Positions 24,913 through 39,299 of a stretch of 64,000 bases of DNA are shown one piece after another. Below the pieces are notes generated by a model, which did not search any database, was not told the origin of the DNA, and worked only from the letters and a program-made list of their open reading frames with translations. Made by a program: the position numbers and the translations under genes. Origin of the DNA: Azolla caroliniana (Eukaryota > Plantae > Polypodiophyta); the NCBI GenBank assembly GCA_043228905.1, contig JBHGNT010000007.1, positions 7,502,001 through 7,566,000 of the forward strand, in the 5' to 3' direction. Numbering within the stretch: the first letter of the stretch is position 1; every line of letters starts with the position of its first letter.

Positions 24913-24916
<4 letters not shown>
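22319..24916 (+). mobile_element. L1/Tx1-like LINE #1, 3' part (RT and zf-RVT), ending at (GA)n
   Basis: KSPGWDGL, WRPISL, QYGFIAGR, LDLEKAYD, VRQGCPISP and KVFIWR..CFFC..EDSTHRFIQC, with many stops. Confidence 0.9.

Positions 24917-24970
<54 letters not shown>
24917..24970 (+). repeat. (GA)27 microsatellite at the LINE 3' end
   Basis: Seen directly. Confidence 0.98.
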
Positions 24971-24973
<3 letters not shown>

Positions 24974-25249
24974 GCAAAGTTCGGAGATGTTGGAGAAGGA
25001 CAAACACTAATTTTGATGTATCTTCTTGCTACAGTGTCCATTTCCTTTGTTCTTTAGCTCGTTTCGAAGCCTGCGGATAGAGCTTTCTAAAGAGTATCTG
25101 CACGTATCATTTGGTGGTCTTGGTATAACGTTACAAGTAAAAATTCCATTCGATTGCATGCGTCTCATGATCGCTTGCTTTGATTCCTTCTCCAACACAA
25201 TTACTTGTAAGCGAGCTCTCTCCTATTTCTTGTCATATGGATCGTAGTG

Positions 25250-28200
25250 TTTTCATGAATATGGATGAGTCTCCAAATTCTTCAAAGGATGCATGCATGG
25301 TTGAGTCAGTATCTCCAAATTCTTCAAAGGATAATGGTAGATCGGGTTTATTGATGGGAGATTTTAATGTTTGTTGTGAGATAGATCAATCAACATCTAT
25401 CCACTCTATTATGGATGGACCAGAGGCTCAAGAATGGGGAGATTTTGAGACTGAAGTCATGTTAAGGGATGTATGGAAATGGATCAAGGGAGATGAACCT
25501 GGTTATACCTTTCAATTGGTTCAATATAAGGATACTTGAAGTAGGTTGGATCGAAAGTATGTACTACATACCGAAGGTTTTTTACCAGAGATTTTGGATA
25601 TTTCACTGTCTTATAGGTCAATTATATCAAATCATTTCCCATTAATTTTTGAGTTGAATCACCACTCAATTAAAGGTCTTCATGAGTTTCTAGGAAAACC
25701 ACAGTTGATTTTTAATTCATCATTTTTGGATCATGAGGTCTTCCATGCCTATATGTGTCAATTGATTGATGCATTTGCCTATCATGTTCAATTTGATGGG
25801 TATGAAGCGTGGGAAGTATTTGTTGCAAATGTTCAGAGGTTAACTAGATATTATGGAATTCACCATGCTTTTAAAAGGAGAAAGAAATTAAGTCTCCTAG
25901 TTAATTTTCTTGATAAATGCAATTCATTGTTAACTTATTAGCCAACGGATGTAGAGTTGATGGGATATCAAGAGGTATTAATTTCTACGATGCATGACCT
26001 AACGGCAAAAAATTATCAACATGCTAGACTACATCGTCTAAGACAAGAAGTGGATGATGCTAATTGTCAATCACATAAGTTTTTTCATGACCTTCATGAA
26101 TCACATGCACGACATAATGTGGTAAGATTAGAGGAAAATGGTATCATGTGTTCCAATCCTCAAGAAATTGTGAAGAAATGCATAGAATATTATACACAAT
26201 TGTTGGATGTACAAGTGTGTATCGATGATAATGTTAAAAAGGATAGAGATGTATTTTTTAATGGAGTGAAAAATCATGTATCGCATGATGTGGCACAATC
26301 ATTAGATGCTAATATTTCAGAGGATGAGGTGGAACATGTCATGTCACATCTTGTTAATGATAAGAGTCCTGGGTGGGATGGATTAACACATGAACTCTTT
26401 AAGAAATATGTGATTAAGTTAAAGGGGCCTTTTACGGTTTTATTTTAGAAGGTGTGGACATCAGGGGAAATGCCTCATTCTTGGAAGATTGGTTTGATCA
26501 AGCTTTTGCCGAAGGTGCTTTCTCCATCTTCCTTTGCTCAATGGAGGCCTATTTCATTGATGGGGGGAATGTACAAGATTTTTGCAAAAGTGATGGCCAA
26601 TAGGTTGCATAAGGTTTTACCTTTTAGCAAAAAGAGACATTTTACATAATATTTTAAATGTTCAAATGGCAATTGACTATGCAAAGGAATCTAAACAAGA
26701 ATTAGTGTTGCTACAATTGGATATCGAGAAAGCCTATAATAATGTGGATTGATCATTTATAAATCAATTGATTTCTCATATGGGTTTTGGTGATCGTATG
26801 TCTAAGTTGATATACACATTAGGGGAGGGTTCGGTTTCACGTGTGATGTTTAATGGAGGAGTAACACAACTGATTTCTATTTAGAGGTCAGTTAGACAAG
26901 GATGCCTGGTAAGTCCTTTACTATTCACTATTGTGACACATCCTATTCTTGTTAAGTTACACAATATGGTTATGGAGGAAGAATTGCTTGGACTAAAGTT
27001 TCCATCAGGGAAGCCATGTATTGTTCAAGCTCTCACAGATGACCATATTATGTTTTTGGCACCTAATCGGGAAAATATTAGTAAGACAAGAGATGTGTGG
27101 GAATTGTTTTCAAATGCTTCAGGGTTGAGAATTAATATACATAAATCTGTCCTCATTTCATGTAAAGAACAAGATGTGTTAGGGTTGGGGTGGTCAGGAA
27201 GGATAGTACATCATGGTATGATTTGTCATCATCTTGGATATCCAATTGGGGTGGAAGTTTCTCATGTGAAACTTATTGAGTGGGTATCCAAAAGGTTGGA
27301 GGATAAGTTTATGTATTGGAGGTCTCAATTTTGGCCTTTTCATGTACGACTTAAGGTGGTCCAATCGATTATGGTCTCTATGGTATCGTATTATCTTCCT
27401 TTGCTCCCATGGTCAAAGAAAGCTCTTGACATGTTGTCACGCTCGATGCAAATGTTGTTATGGAAAAGAAAAGGGAAAAGTGCCTTGTCATGGTTGGCAT
27501 GGGATCATGTTTGTACTCCGAAGCATCTTGGTGGGGCATCAATATTGAATCTATATGAGCATATGGTGGCTCGTCAATTTACTTTCATTCGATTCATGTT
27601 TGAAGGTGTACAACCTTGGACAAAAATGGTGGCATACTTTATAGAGAAGAACGGAATAAAGCTTGGAAACATGAAGGTTGAAGCGAATTTGTGGAATGTA
27701 ATTAATTCTGACAGGGATGTCAAATGTACAGGGTCTATGATAGTTAATCATTTGTTGACATCTTGGCAAAGTATGTTGGATTTTGTGGAATGGCATCCCC
27801 CACAAGAAAGGGGATGTGCCAATTCATTACAAATGGAGGTTTTGGCAACATCAAGGTTGTTGAGGTGGGAAGGTAAACAAATTCTTAACCTTCAATTTAA
27901 TTGGATGGCTAGATTAGGTTTGGTAACAGTTAAGGATATTATGTTGGTTTCACAAAGAAGATTAATGGCTTTTCGAATAATAAGATCAATATTTCGTATT
28001 CCAAAAGGTTATAACTTTATTTGGAATAAGTTGCAACAAATACGATCTTCGCATGAGCCAATTCCTTATTTAGATAGGCGATCTCAAGAGCTTGATTGGA
28101 GGTTTGTTGGAAATAAGAGATTGACTATGATCTCAACCAATGTTGCTTATCACAAGTTGATTGACAAACATAAGTGGTTGGAAGAAAGGGTTATAAAGAT

Positions 28201-28885
28201 ATGTGATTTTCATAAGCCCATTACTTGGTGGTTTCATGTGATCAAGGCAGGTTGGTGTTCTCGATTGATGCTACGAACCAAGGTATTTATTTGGAGAGTT
28301 ATGGTTGGAGCTTTACCATTAGGGGATGCATTAAAAAAAAAAAAGCATTACTAAAGGATTGTGTTTTCTTTTGTTCGGTGGAATTGGAACATAGTAGGCA
28401 TCGATTTATTTCATGCCCGATGGCAAGGATGATTTGGAGGTTTATTAGTTTAGCATGGATGTCTCTAACAGGAGTAAGTCTATCTTCCTTCAGTTGGGTT
28501 TTTGCACATATGGAGAACAATGAACGGATGCCTCATTTTCAAAATATTTTTGAGTTCTTGAGGTATTGGGGGCTATGGTTCAATTGGAATATGCGGAATG
28601 CCTTCATTTTTTATTTCTAGTTGCAGTGAGAAAATATGTTCTAAAGTTAAAAGGACTTATTTTGTGGGAATTGACAGTGCTAGAGAAGTCACGAAATCTC
28701 AACCAAGAAGAGAGAGAACTTTGCAAGGTCACATATCATTATACTCACTATTTGAATTGGTGTGTAGGGTGGGTGGCATTGAGTTTGGTGTCATAGTATT
28801 CTTTAGATCCCTTGATAGAAGGGTTCTATACTTTGTAGTAAGTTAGTCATGATGGTGTTTTTTTCTTTCATAATGAAAGCCATTA

Positions 28886-28890
<5 letters not shown>
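25250..28890 (+). mobile_element. L1/Tx1-like LINE #2, 5'-truncated ORF2, followed by (GA)13 at 28891-28916
   Basis: LMGDFN, SNHFPL, KSPGWDGL, WRPISLMGGMYK, WPFHVRLKVVQ and KVFIWR motifs; clearly homologous to LINE #1 but diverged. Confidence 0.9.
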
Positions 28891-28916
<26 letters not shown>

Positions 28917-31900
28917 ACTTTAGCTTAAGCTCAAGAGGGGGCTTTAGAACTAAGGATCAAGAAGATGCCAAAAGTCACTTTTTGTGACTTTTTTAGCTTT
29001 TACAAAGGGCTTGTCCCCTTTCACATTGGTGTGGCCTATTCAGCTTAAAAACTTTAGAGGTGCTTTGTTTTATTCCCCATTTTCCTTATTTTTCCATAAA
29101 CCCTAGCCAATATAGGTGAAGTAGGAGGAAGTAGGCTATAGTCAAAAGGTGTTGGTAGTCAGGCGAGAATGGAAGATGTTCAAGGCGAGGTTGATGAGAG
29201 GAGTCTACGGTAGGAGGAGGGTATTACGGGTGGTTGTGGTTGTGGTTGTGATGAGAGGAAGTCGTTGGCAAGGAAGATTAAGTAATGGGGGGATTGGGTG
29301 GTTGGTGACGAGCAGGTTCGGGTGGGTGTTGGAGGTTGTGTATGTTGAGGGGGGGAAGTTGGACGTCTTATAGTTGTGTTGTCGTGGTGTTACAAAAAAG
29401 GTACCACAAGATGAAACAATAGACACTTTGCAAGGAACAAATGGCTTCAAAAAGGACTAGAATTGTAATAACTCAAAATATAAAAGAAGTGCAAAATGCT
29501 TATGCTTCTTTTCTCTATCTTTTTATTCAAAGTTAAGGATTCTGAGTTTTAGAGGAAGTAGATCTCCCCTTTTTTAATCTAGAACTCTTGAGCCTCTTAC
29601 ATAATCTCAAGTGGTTTGTATCAACCTCAGATTTTCAATCCAAGTATATAGGTGTTGCAAGTAATTGAGAAATACTAGCTTTATTGGGTATCATAAAATT
29701 TACGTTTCTTCCCTGTCCGAAGTATTACATGTCCTCATAGGTTCTCACTCGGTGGTTGGAATAAAGATCTGAAAATTCCTTCACGACCCTTGAGGCGAGA
29801 TCTTTGTAAACGTGACGAGTGTTTTATTCTAGATTATGTTATTTGGAGAATTTGCTCCAAATTCACATAAGTTTGCTCTTCGAGCTTGGATCTTTGAATC
29901 AAAAATTCGCACGATCCTTGTTCGATAGAAAATAATATTAGATAGTAGATAAATGAAGTTAACTTTACATTAATACCAAAAGCTTGGAATACATCAAGGA
30001 TTGAAAGATCGATCAAAAGAACTCTTGAATTTGTTGTCGTGATAATTCCCTCATGGTTAGGAGGGAAGATGTTGGAAACAATCGTCAGTGGTGAAAACAT
30101 AAACAACACTATACGATGGGGATATACAAGTTGATGAAGGCAAAGACAAGATGAACCAAATGAATCAAACCGTGACAACTCAACGAGATCAAGAAGAGAC
30201 AGAGTGAGAGAATGAGACAGAGATCCAAAGAGACACACAATGGTGTAACTGTATTATTCCAAAAGTAACAATACACAAAATGATGACTACCACAACAAGG
30301 TTGCAAAGTCAGTTATATAATAATTTAACTAGGTCAACTTCCCTTTGGCCTTATTACAAATATGTCCTAATCTAGTATGTTCAAATGGGTCAAATTTGAG
30401 GGCTCTTTTGAGAACAAGCTCCATCATAGTCAACGGTTCATCATGGTTGACGTTGTCTCAAAGTTACATGTGTGCATGTGAAATCTTACTTGGATCACCA
30501 GGAACTTGAACAGGAGAGGATGGGTTGATTCAAGTTTCCAAGTGAGATGACTCAAAGGCTCCTCAAATTCAAAGGCTCTCTCTCTAGAGTTGAAAGCTCT
30601 TCAAAGGCTCTTTGGACTTGAAGGCTAGAAAGAGTCAAAACTATTCAGAGTCGCAAGCACTTGTGATCCTCGTGACGAAGGCTTTGTACCAACATAACAA
30701 GTTTCCCGATGACATGATTTGGTGACTTGTTTTATGCTGCTTTCGTCAAAATCCAATTAACTTTGTATCCCAAGCTCAGAATTCCACGTGATCCTTGTGG
30801 TGAAGTCTTTGTGCCAGATATTCAAACAAGGATTTATACAAAATAACAAAGTAAATATTATATTAAGATTTCGTGTGCAATAGTAAGTTTTAAGAGAGTG
30901 GAAGTACAATGGGAAAATTCTTAGCTCCATTACATGGAGTGAACATGAGAAAGAAGAAATATAGGAATAAGGTAGGAAGTCTTCATTACAAGTTTGGAGT
31001 TATGGTATATGTTCATAACACTATCATCTCTGTCAATATCATCTTGTTGCATAACATTAACATAAGACATATCATTACTATCAACTCTAATGCATGATTG
31101 TTTTTTACCATCGTCTCTTGGACTAGCTTGACTTAACCATGCATGTGTCCTTTAATGAATTCCGAGACACATCCACATACATAGCAACACTAACATCCAT
31201 ATGGTAACAAATATGAGAGTTCTCACTTATAGGCAATTTTGTTGAAGAAGGAAACACAAGTGATTGTAGCCTACATACAACCGAGCAATGATTTTACTCG
31301 TACCATTCTACAGAAAGTACCAAATGAGAAAATGAGACATGCATTGATTTCATGAAGGCTCTCAAGTCAAGCTTCAAAACAAGCCTAAGAATGAAGGAAA
31401 CGAATATTGGGTTAGAAACATACACGAAAACTCTCTTGACCACGCCAACTCTCTCCTGGCTTCTCTTTTTTTTCATAGAAAAACACCACCATGAATAACA
31501 TCAAATTTTAGAACTCTAGGGATCTAAATGCTACAAACTCAATCCCACCTTGGACACCAATTCGGATGACGAATATGATTACATGTCAACTTGCACAATT
31601 GTCTTTCTTCATGGTTGAGATTCCATGACTTCTCTAACATTGTTAAATCCCACAAAAGAAGTCTTTTTACGTTTGCAATAATATTCCTCACCCAAATTTT
31701 GCGAATCAAAAGTGATCTCTCTCTCTCTCTCTCATTTTAAAGCCCTTACATGAGTTTTCTTTTCATTTTTTTCATGTTTCATTTTTTGGTAAATGAGTTT
31801 TCTTATCTCAACAAGTGGCTTTTCCCTCTATATCTTCTTTTTGTATTCACCTTTGCCTTTTCTTTTATATATAACTCTTGTTTTCTTTTTGCATGGGTGC

Positions 31901-33262
31901 ATAGTTTGGCCAAAACTGAATACAATCAATCATAGGGCATGCTCTCTTATTGTTCTTGCCGATTGTAGCTTGATCTTTTCCCCTCTAGTCATCTTTGGTG
32001 GCAATTGAACCCTTAAGCCTTTTGTTAAAAGTGAATAGCTCTTGCAATTTGGGCTATCATTCTAGCCTTTTACTTCTTTTCTACCTTTTTGTGCTTCTCA
32101 ACTACATCACGACACTAGGCTACACCATCGTGCTAAATTATATTTACATTTGTGTTTTTTAATAAGATAAAATTATGGGTTCACAATCAATAACTTCATG
32201 AATCAACATATACAAATTCTCTAGTATTAGAAATTGATATATGATATGCCAATTTACTAGCATTTTCTCATGCTAACGATATACTATTTTGAGTATGTGT
32301 TTTTGTCCTCTTCATATTGTTGCAAGTAAACCTTAGTTTCATATCTATGTACAATTTAACTTTATGAGGAGCTAATATACCTTTGGATCTAAACAAAAAC
32401 CTACCTTGTAGGGTATTAGGAAAGATATTCCTTTGATATTGGATGGTTGTTTTAGATCGTTTTCACTTTAGTATTTGTAGAGAAATAAGGGTAAACATTT
32501 TATTATATTCTTCGTGCGGACGGCCACAAAGGTGTTTCCCATTTCTTTATTATAAAATATAAATATAATATGCCTTATGGATAACCATGAGAAAACAAAT
32601 GTATTGATCTCATTTGGATCTAATATTCTTATATATGAATCCATTCTACATGTTTAAAAAATACATGCTAGTATTCACGTCTATTCCTTTGCTATACGAG
32701 AATAGAGAGGATAAGGTGCACTTTTAGATGTGAAGAATAAGCATTTCCAATAATGCATTTGATTGTACATTTGGTTTGTAGTTGAAACCCCAACTAGTGG
32801 TCAATATCTTTTACTAGATAAAAATACTATATGCAAATTTGCCTAAAACGACAAAAGTGAGACACCATTTTTACCATACCAACGTTTGCTTCACAAATGC
32901 AATAATCGTATGAGATTCATCGAGGCAATACCTCAAAAAAGGGCATCCAGATCAACCTCAACATTAAGAAAAACGTGACAAAGCATTAAAGGGTAAGATA
33001 AATGCTTTTTTGAAAGTTTCCTAGAGAACGAGTACTAATTTTTATGCACATAAATGTTTTCATTATGTTTTCCTATTGTTCACATGATTTTTGCGTTTCA
33101 ACGAAATATATTGGATTTAGATACCACCTCATTAAAGCTAGATCCTTTCTTGGCATAATTGTTTATGCAACAAACATTACCATAAACCAACAATAAAAGC
33201 CCATGTATTCTCCTTCCCTCTCCTCTGTCTTTTTTATTGTTGTTGTCAACCCATGACTTTCT

Positions 33263-33299
<37 letters not shown>

Positions 33300-34318
33300 A
33301 TGCACACTCGATTGCAACATTCACTAGTAAAGTTCTTGAAGATCGAGAGTCGTTACGCACTTTCACATGTATTACGTGAAATGTAACATTTTTTCTGTCG
33401 TATATATCATATTTGACCTCCAACGACCAGAATAGAATCTCCCTCCCTCTCTCTCTTTCTCTAATGGTCTGAACGGGGCCTACTTTCTATCGATGCTTTG
33501 TCTCCTTGGACGAGAGAGGTAGCAATCTTCACAAGTAGCAGCAATAAAACGACGGATTGATGATGATGATGCTGGTGCTACTCATGGTGGCAGAAGGAGA
33601 GAGACCAAAAGGGAAGGAAAGAAGAAAAAGTACAACAAGGACATAAATACTACATATGCCTTCGCGTGCAATGAAAGTTTGTATTAGGTCAGCGTTATCC
33701 AGCTTGCATGGCAACATGTTCATTTGTCGTGGAGGGTGTGGAAGATATGGGATGGGCGGATGGATGGATGGATGGATCGGATGGGCCTTCGGGAGCACCG
33801 TATGTGTGTGTGTGTGTGTTTGTCTGTTAGTCTATGTCCTGTGTCCTGTTAGTCTATGTCCTGTGTCCTATATTATGGGTGGCCATGGCTTGCACTTGCA
33901 GAATGGGCATCTTTTGGGGAGGGAATCTTGAATTCTTTCCCAATTTAGTAGTTATCTGTTCCTCCCAAATATTCTCTTTCCCGAAATGGCAGAGACAGAG
34001 ACAGAGAGAGGGTCCTGTTCCTCCTCCTCCTCCTCCTCCTCACGTGTCCGTCTGCGAGAAATCAGCAACAAGTGGCCGTCCATCATCCCCCCCCCCCCCC
34101 CCGGGCCTGTTTAGGAAGGGATTCTTAGCACAGGGTTAGGGTTTGGCTTCTGTTAGGGTTTTACTCTCCCCTACTGCCGCAGAATTTGGGTTCTTGGGTT
34201 TTTCTCTTTCTTTCTCCTTCTTGACCGTAATACGCATTTCTGGAAAACCCTAATATATCTTTGTATTGGGTCTTTTGTCGCTCTCTCTCTCTCTCTCTCT
34301 CCCAAAGTTTAATTAGAT

Positions 34319-37300
34319 ATGGAACCTTCATCTCCTGTTTTTTTACCGCTCTTTCTGTTAGGATTGTGTATCTTGTCTCTGTCATGTCAAGCTACTGTTG
34401 TCTTAACGAAGGATAACTACTCCCTGGTGTTTGAATCAACAGATGCAACCTTTAGTAAGTGATTAAAAGCCTCTTCTTTTTTTGTTCTCACGTTTGTAAT
34501 ATTTCATCTTTTTTGGTGTGCATAATGGCTATCTCTATGATGTTGTATCTTTTCTAATTTTAATTTTCAGTTCGTTTAACTGCCATCGCCATAAATTTGG
34601 GTATGGGTATGTCATTAGCATCCGATATATAAAAAAATAGCATTTTTTAACGACTATGGCTATTGCTATCCCTATAACTAAGCCAAATGGTATCTTGCAT
34701 ACTGTCTTTTTCTCTGTTTAATGGCTATTAGGTTGGCTACTTCATGTGGCATGTGGCTATGGGTATGTCATATATGTTATATTTCATATGCTACGGATAT
34801 GACTGTGTCATATTCAACTTCTTTTTTTTCTGATATGCCTTTTAATGGATATTGGTATTGTCATATGGTATGTGGCATATGCTATGGGTATGGCATGGGC
34901 CATCTTTAATAATGTTTCCTTTGTGCTGTGCAATGGTGACTTCAATGTACTGCGGCATATTGTTATGGCATAGCCATCTATTTATCTATATTCAAATGAC
35001 TAACATATTAAATTTGACTTGCAGCACCTAAGATCCCAAGTGCTGGCCTGTGTGGCTTTATTTATAATTCTATCCCAGCTAATGCCTGTGTGCCTCTATA
35101 CAATGATGACAAAGAAGCTCCTTTATCATTGATGGGCGATCATCATGTGAATTTGCAAATTGTTCTCGTGTTGCGAGGGCTTTGCTCCTTTGAAGAGAAG
35201 GTTCGGAATGCACAAGATGCTGGTTATGATGTGATCATCGTGGCCGACAACATAGACAATTCCCCCCTTCCGACGAGTAAGTATGAGCCGGTATTCAATG
35301 TAAATTTCTGAATTGAATGGGTATACGAATAACAATCTATCCTCTGTTTCCTATCTCTACTCACTTTTTGGATGGCCGATGGAATGGGTTTCCAATTTCC
35401 AAACACGAGGGTAGTGGAGAGAGCTATCTAGGAAAGAGTGTTACCAGAATAAGCCTGTGAAAAGAGCCATTACGAACAGCTCATTAGCTCGAGATGGCCT
35501 TCTAATGGGCCAGTTCAGACATAGACGAGGGCCGAATGTATATATAAAGATATATAGTAGGTATCCTGGCTGCCATATTCAGTATGTGCCAATTCTTGAT
35601 AGCTATGTTTTGCAGATTGATCCATTGTTAATTTGTATCTAATAAGCCAGAGGGTTATTTGGATGGAGACAATCTCGATAGCTATGCTGCTCACATATGT
35701 GTATCCAAAGAATTGAATGAACTATTTGTACTACTAGAAAAGAAATATGAACATAAGATGGACTGTCCAATTCTATGTAGTTACAGCTTTTGGACATCAG
35801 CATGAACAAGTGAAGGACCAAAAATATCATCAACCTCCCTCTGGTCTCTGGTGAGAAACCACCAGATACTTGCAATCCTCGTTTATTGCAATCTTTATAA
35901 TAAATGTAGGTTTCTATTTGAAGAAGATTCAGGGAAGGGGAGTGAAGATATTTGATACCTCATAGAAGTAAAGGAAAAAAACAATTAAAATGTTTTATCT
36001 TATGGTTCATCGAACTAATTATCAACTTCATATTGTGCTAGCTTCCCTCATAAACCTAGGGTTATAGTGTTATATAAGGCTGTCTGATGGCATTTTGAAG
36101 ACCGCCATTCCAAATAATGCTAAATTGTGTATGTGTGTGTGTAGTTAGCAGCCATCATAGACAGCTGGAGTCTAGACAGAAACTGTTTAAAATTTTCATT
36201 TAACAGACCCACACCCACCTCATAGATCTCCCAGTTTCTATGTCCTGATATGTTTATATTTTTGTTCTGCCAGTGGCGGGGAGAAAACGAGGTATTAAGA
36301 TACCAGCAGTGTTTGTGTCGAAGATAGCTGGGGAAATACTTGCAGAGCACACAAATGACTCTAACGTAGAGTGTTGTGTTTTACCATCTTCATACGAGAA
36401 TATTTCTTGGCTAGTCATGGTTATTTCCTTTATCTCCTTGCTTGGTATCATAGCAGCTTTTGCTATCTACTTCCTAGTTCAGAGGAGCCGCCAGAGCCAG
36501 CATCATAGCGAATCCAAAGAATGTGCTGGCATTAGTTATGATGCCATAAAAGTGTTGCCGATACATGAATATAAGTGTGAAGGTGGCATTGAAAATGCTG
36601 ATACTTGTGTTATTTGCTTGGAGGATTATATGGAGGGCTCAAAGCTCAGGATATTGCCATGCAATCACAGTAAGTGGAAAAATGTTGTTGGAACCAAAAT
36701 ACACCAAATTTTCCAAAATACCAGTGTAGCAGTAAATTCTTTACTGGAGAGCTGTAATTTTTGTAAAATTTGGGGTATTCTGGTGAATAGCCTTAACCTG
36801 ATGTATATTTTGGTGGCTTTCCATTTTCATTGTCGCTGATTGGTGTCTTTCATGTATGTTTTCTATTCTTTCCCAGGGTTTCATTGCTCATGTATTGATG
36901 CATGGCTCGTGAACTGGCGAGCATTTTGTCCAATATGCAAGTCAGAGGTCATCAAAGACGAGTCTATAGCTTCCTCTGAATGCACGCCTTTATTGGTTTC
37001 CAACAATCCTCGGGAAGAAGTCTCACCGAGGAGTGAAGCGATGTCTGTCCACGGGGGCGTAAACATGAATCCATGGAGATTTTCGGATAATGAACCACCA
37101 TTTGACAGAGATAGGTACTCGAGACCAAATGTGGTGCCCATACGGATAATGAATGTGCCATTTCCGACCTCAAATGGGCGGCATTCAGGGAGGCAACCAG
37201 CAATGGAGATCATTGATTCGGTGGAGGCCTTTCGTGCCTCGCCTTACTTCACTCCGCCTTCCTTCTTCCATAACTCCGCTCCGAATGTCCTGAATCTTTT

Positions 37301-37391
37301 TGAAGCTTCACCAGGGAACTCCCAACACGGTGCTGTCGGGGCCGGGGCATTGCTCTTGTACCCGGACAACAATCCCCAGAATTTGGTATGA
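34319..37391 (+). CDS. PA-domain, transmembrane, RING-H2 protein (RMR-type vacuolar sorting receptor), ~432 aa; exons 34319-34454, 35025-35276, 36274-36669, 36877-37391
   Basis: Signal peptide MEPSSPVFLPLFLLGLCILSLSCQA; PA domain (RGLCSFEEKVRNAQDAGY, IPAVFVSK); one TM helix; RING-H2 CVICLEDY..LPCNHRFHCSCIDAWL..CPICK. All introns are GT-AG phase 1 and the spliced length of 1299 nt is in frame. Confidence 0.93.
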
Positions 37392-38849
37392 ACATGTAAA
37401 AACAACTCCTTAATGGCTGCTTATGCATCAGAGGTTCTGTTCTTTCATTTGTGTTCTATTGGGCAATGCATTAGTAAAACGGCTATAAAACTACATTTGA
37501 GTGCTAACCTAGTTCCAAGAACTATTGTAGTGCATCAAATTTTGTTTTGTTTTGTTTTGGTCTATGCCATTGCAGCAAGTGCACTCTTAAGGAATTCTGA
37601 AAGCCATGTGGTGCATCAAATTTTGTTTAATTTCGAAAGCCATGTGGTGTTCATCACATCCAGACTTGGGTTTTGACGCATTGAGAGCATGGTACAACTG
37701 TAATTGTTGTCCATTTCATGTTGTGAAGCATGTTATGGGCATGTAGTGGGTGGTTGTTCGGGTCATTAATATCATATGCCTTGGAAAATTTGAAGATTGA
37801 ATCAATTTATCGTGTTTTTTTTGGTTAAAACACAATCACCTACTAGAGCCAGCCAATTAAAGTGGTTTTGGGAGTTTGCTATCGGAAGTGTTGAAAAATG
37901 CAAGAACCTAGATTATATTTACTATACATTGCCTTATGGTGGTGGATTCCCCATTAGAATCGTCTTTTTTGTGTAAAATGCTCTGAGCGTTTTTTGTTTA
38001 GACAATAATATATACACACTTTTATGGTGGTGGCTTCCACATTAGAATCGTCCTTTTTTGTAAATTGCTCTTAGTGTTTTTGTTTAGTATTGTAATAACA
38101 TTGTTTCATGTTGGATATTGATATCTCTTTAGAAAGTGTAGTCCCGAGGTGTTTGCTTTTTTCTCATACGAATTGAACTAGCGAAACATTTTGATGGTCT
38201 ATGGTCACACCTTGATGCTAGTTGGGTTAAACCAACATGCTACTAGTTACAAATGGGATATGGGATAGTGACTATTACAAAGCCCTTAACGACATTTTCG
38301 AAGTTGTACATTGTCAATTGAGACAAGATGCATTGTGTGCTTCTAAATGCAGACATTGTAGGATCAATGAAGCTATTATTAAATGAGTATGGCATTCTAT
38401 TTTATTACAAAAATAGGATCAACTTTCAAGTTGCCAAAAATGTTGTCCGTGAATCACTTATTGCAATTTTCTACATGTTGGCGCAATGGATAGGGTACAC
38501 ATTTGAGGATGGATTGATATGACTCACGATTACTTGTTCCACACAATTGCCACATTCACTCATACCACCTATTATAGCAATTTGTTTGATCAATTTATAA
38601 TAAGTTTTCACCTCATCCCCCTTGTCACATGAGACTTGTTTGGGCATACCATAGTAGGATTATTCAAGTATTGTAGGATAAAAGTGGATGAAAATGAATG
38701 AGAAGATACGATGTGTCGACAAACAATAGAAAGGTGTCATTCAATAGCTTGTTAAGGGTTGGTAGGATAAAGCATGTGGAAGAGAGTGGGAACACACCCT
38801 TAAATTAGTGAGTATAACACACTTTTAGATTAGTGAAGGACAAGAGGAA

Positions 38850-39082
38850 GTGTGTCCTTGAATAGCTTTGCAAATTGTTCAAGTTCCAGCATACAACACC
38901 AAAGTTGAGAATGATTAGATGCTCACGAAGCAGGGGCATGAAAGCTTGGGCATTAGTCAACTGCTCTCAATTGTGTCCTTCAATAGCTTTGCAAACAATT
39001 CAAGTTCCAGCATACAACACCAAAGTTGAGAATGATTAGATGCTCACAAAGCATGGGCATTAGTCAACTGCTCTCAATTGTT
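38850..39082. repeat. Local tandem duplication (~120-bp unit)
   Basis: CAAGTTCCAGCATACAACACCAAAGTTGAGAATGATTAGATGCTCAC..TGGGCATTAGTCAACTGCTCTCAATTG occurs twice. Confidence 0.85.
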
Positions 39083-39299
39083 TTCCTAACTGAGTAATAA
39101 TCTATGTTTCACTAGTATTGCATTTTGTGTGGAGGTCCAATATGGTTGAGTAAAAATGTTCTCTTGTATTTTTCTTTTACTTTGTGTGTGCATCCATACA
39201 TTCTTGAACATGACATCTTGTAAATCAATTGGACATCTTGGACCTAGCTAGATGAAGTAAATGCATGTATGGTTTCTTGTGATAGTGCATATATGATTC

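Noticed and set aside
24971-25245. Short segment between the two L1 copies with a 63-aa minus-strand ORF
   Set aside because: No recognisable homology or boundaries.
28917-33200. Possible decayed LTR (PPT-like AAGAGGGGG at ~28932) and other TE remnants
   Set aside because: No matching second LTR, TSD or protein motif that I could support by eye.
34580-34980. GGC(T/A)ATGG-rich intron segment as a possible MITE
   Set aside because: No clear TIR/TSD pair identified.
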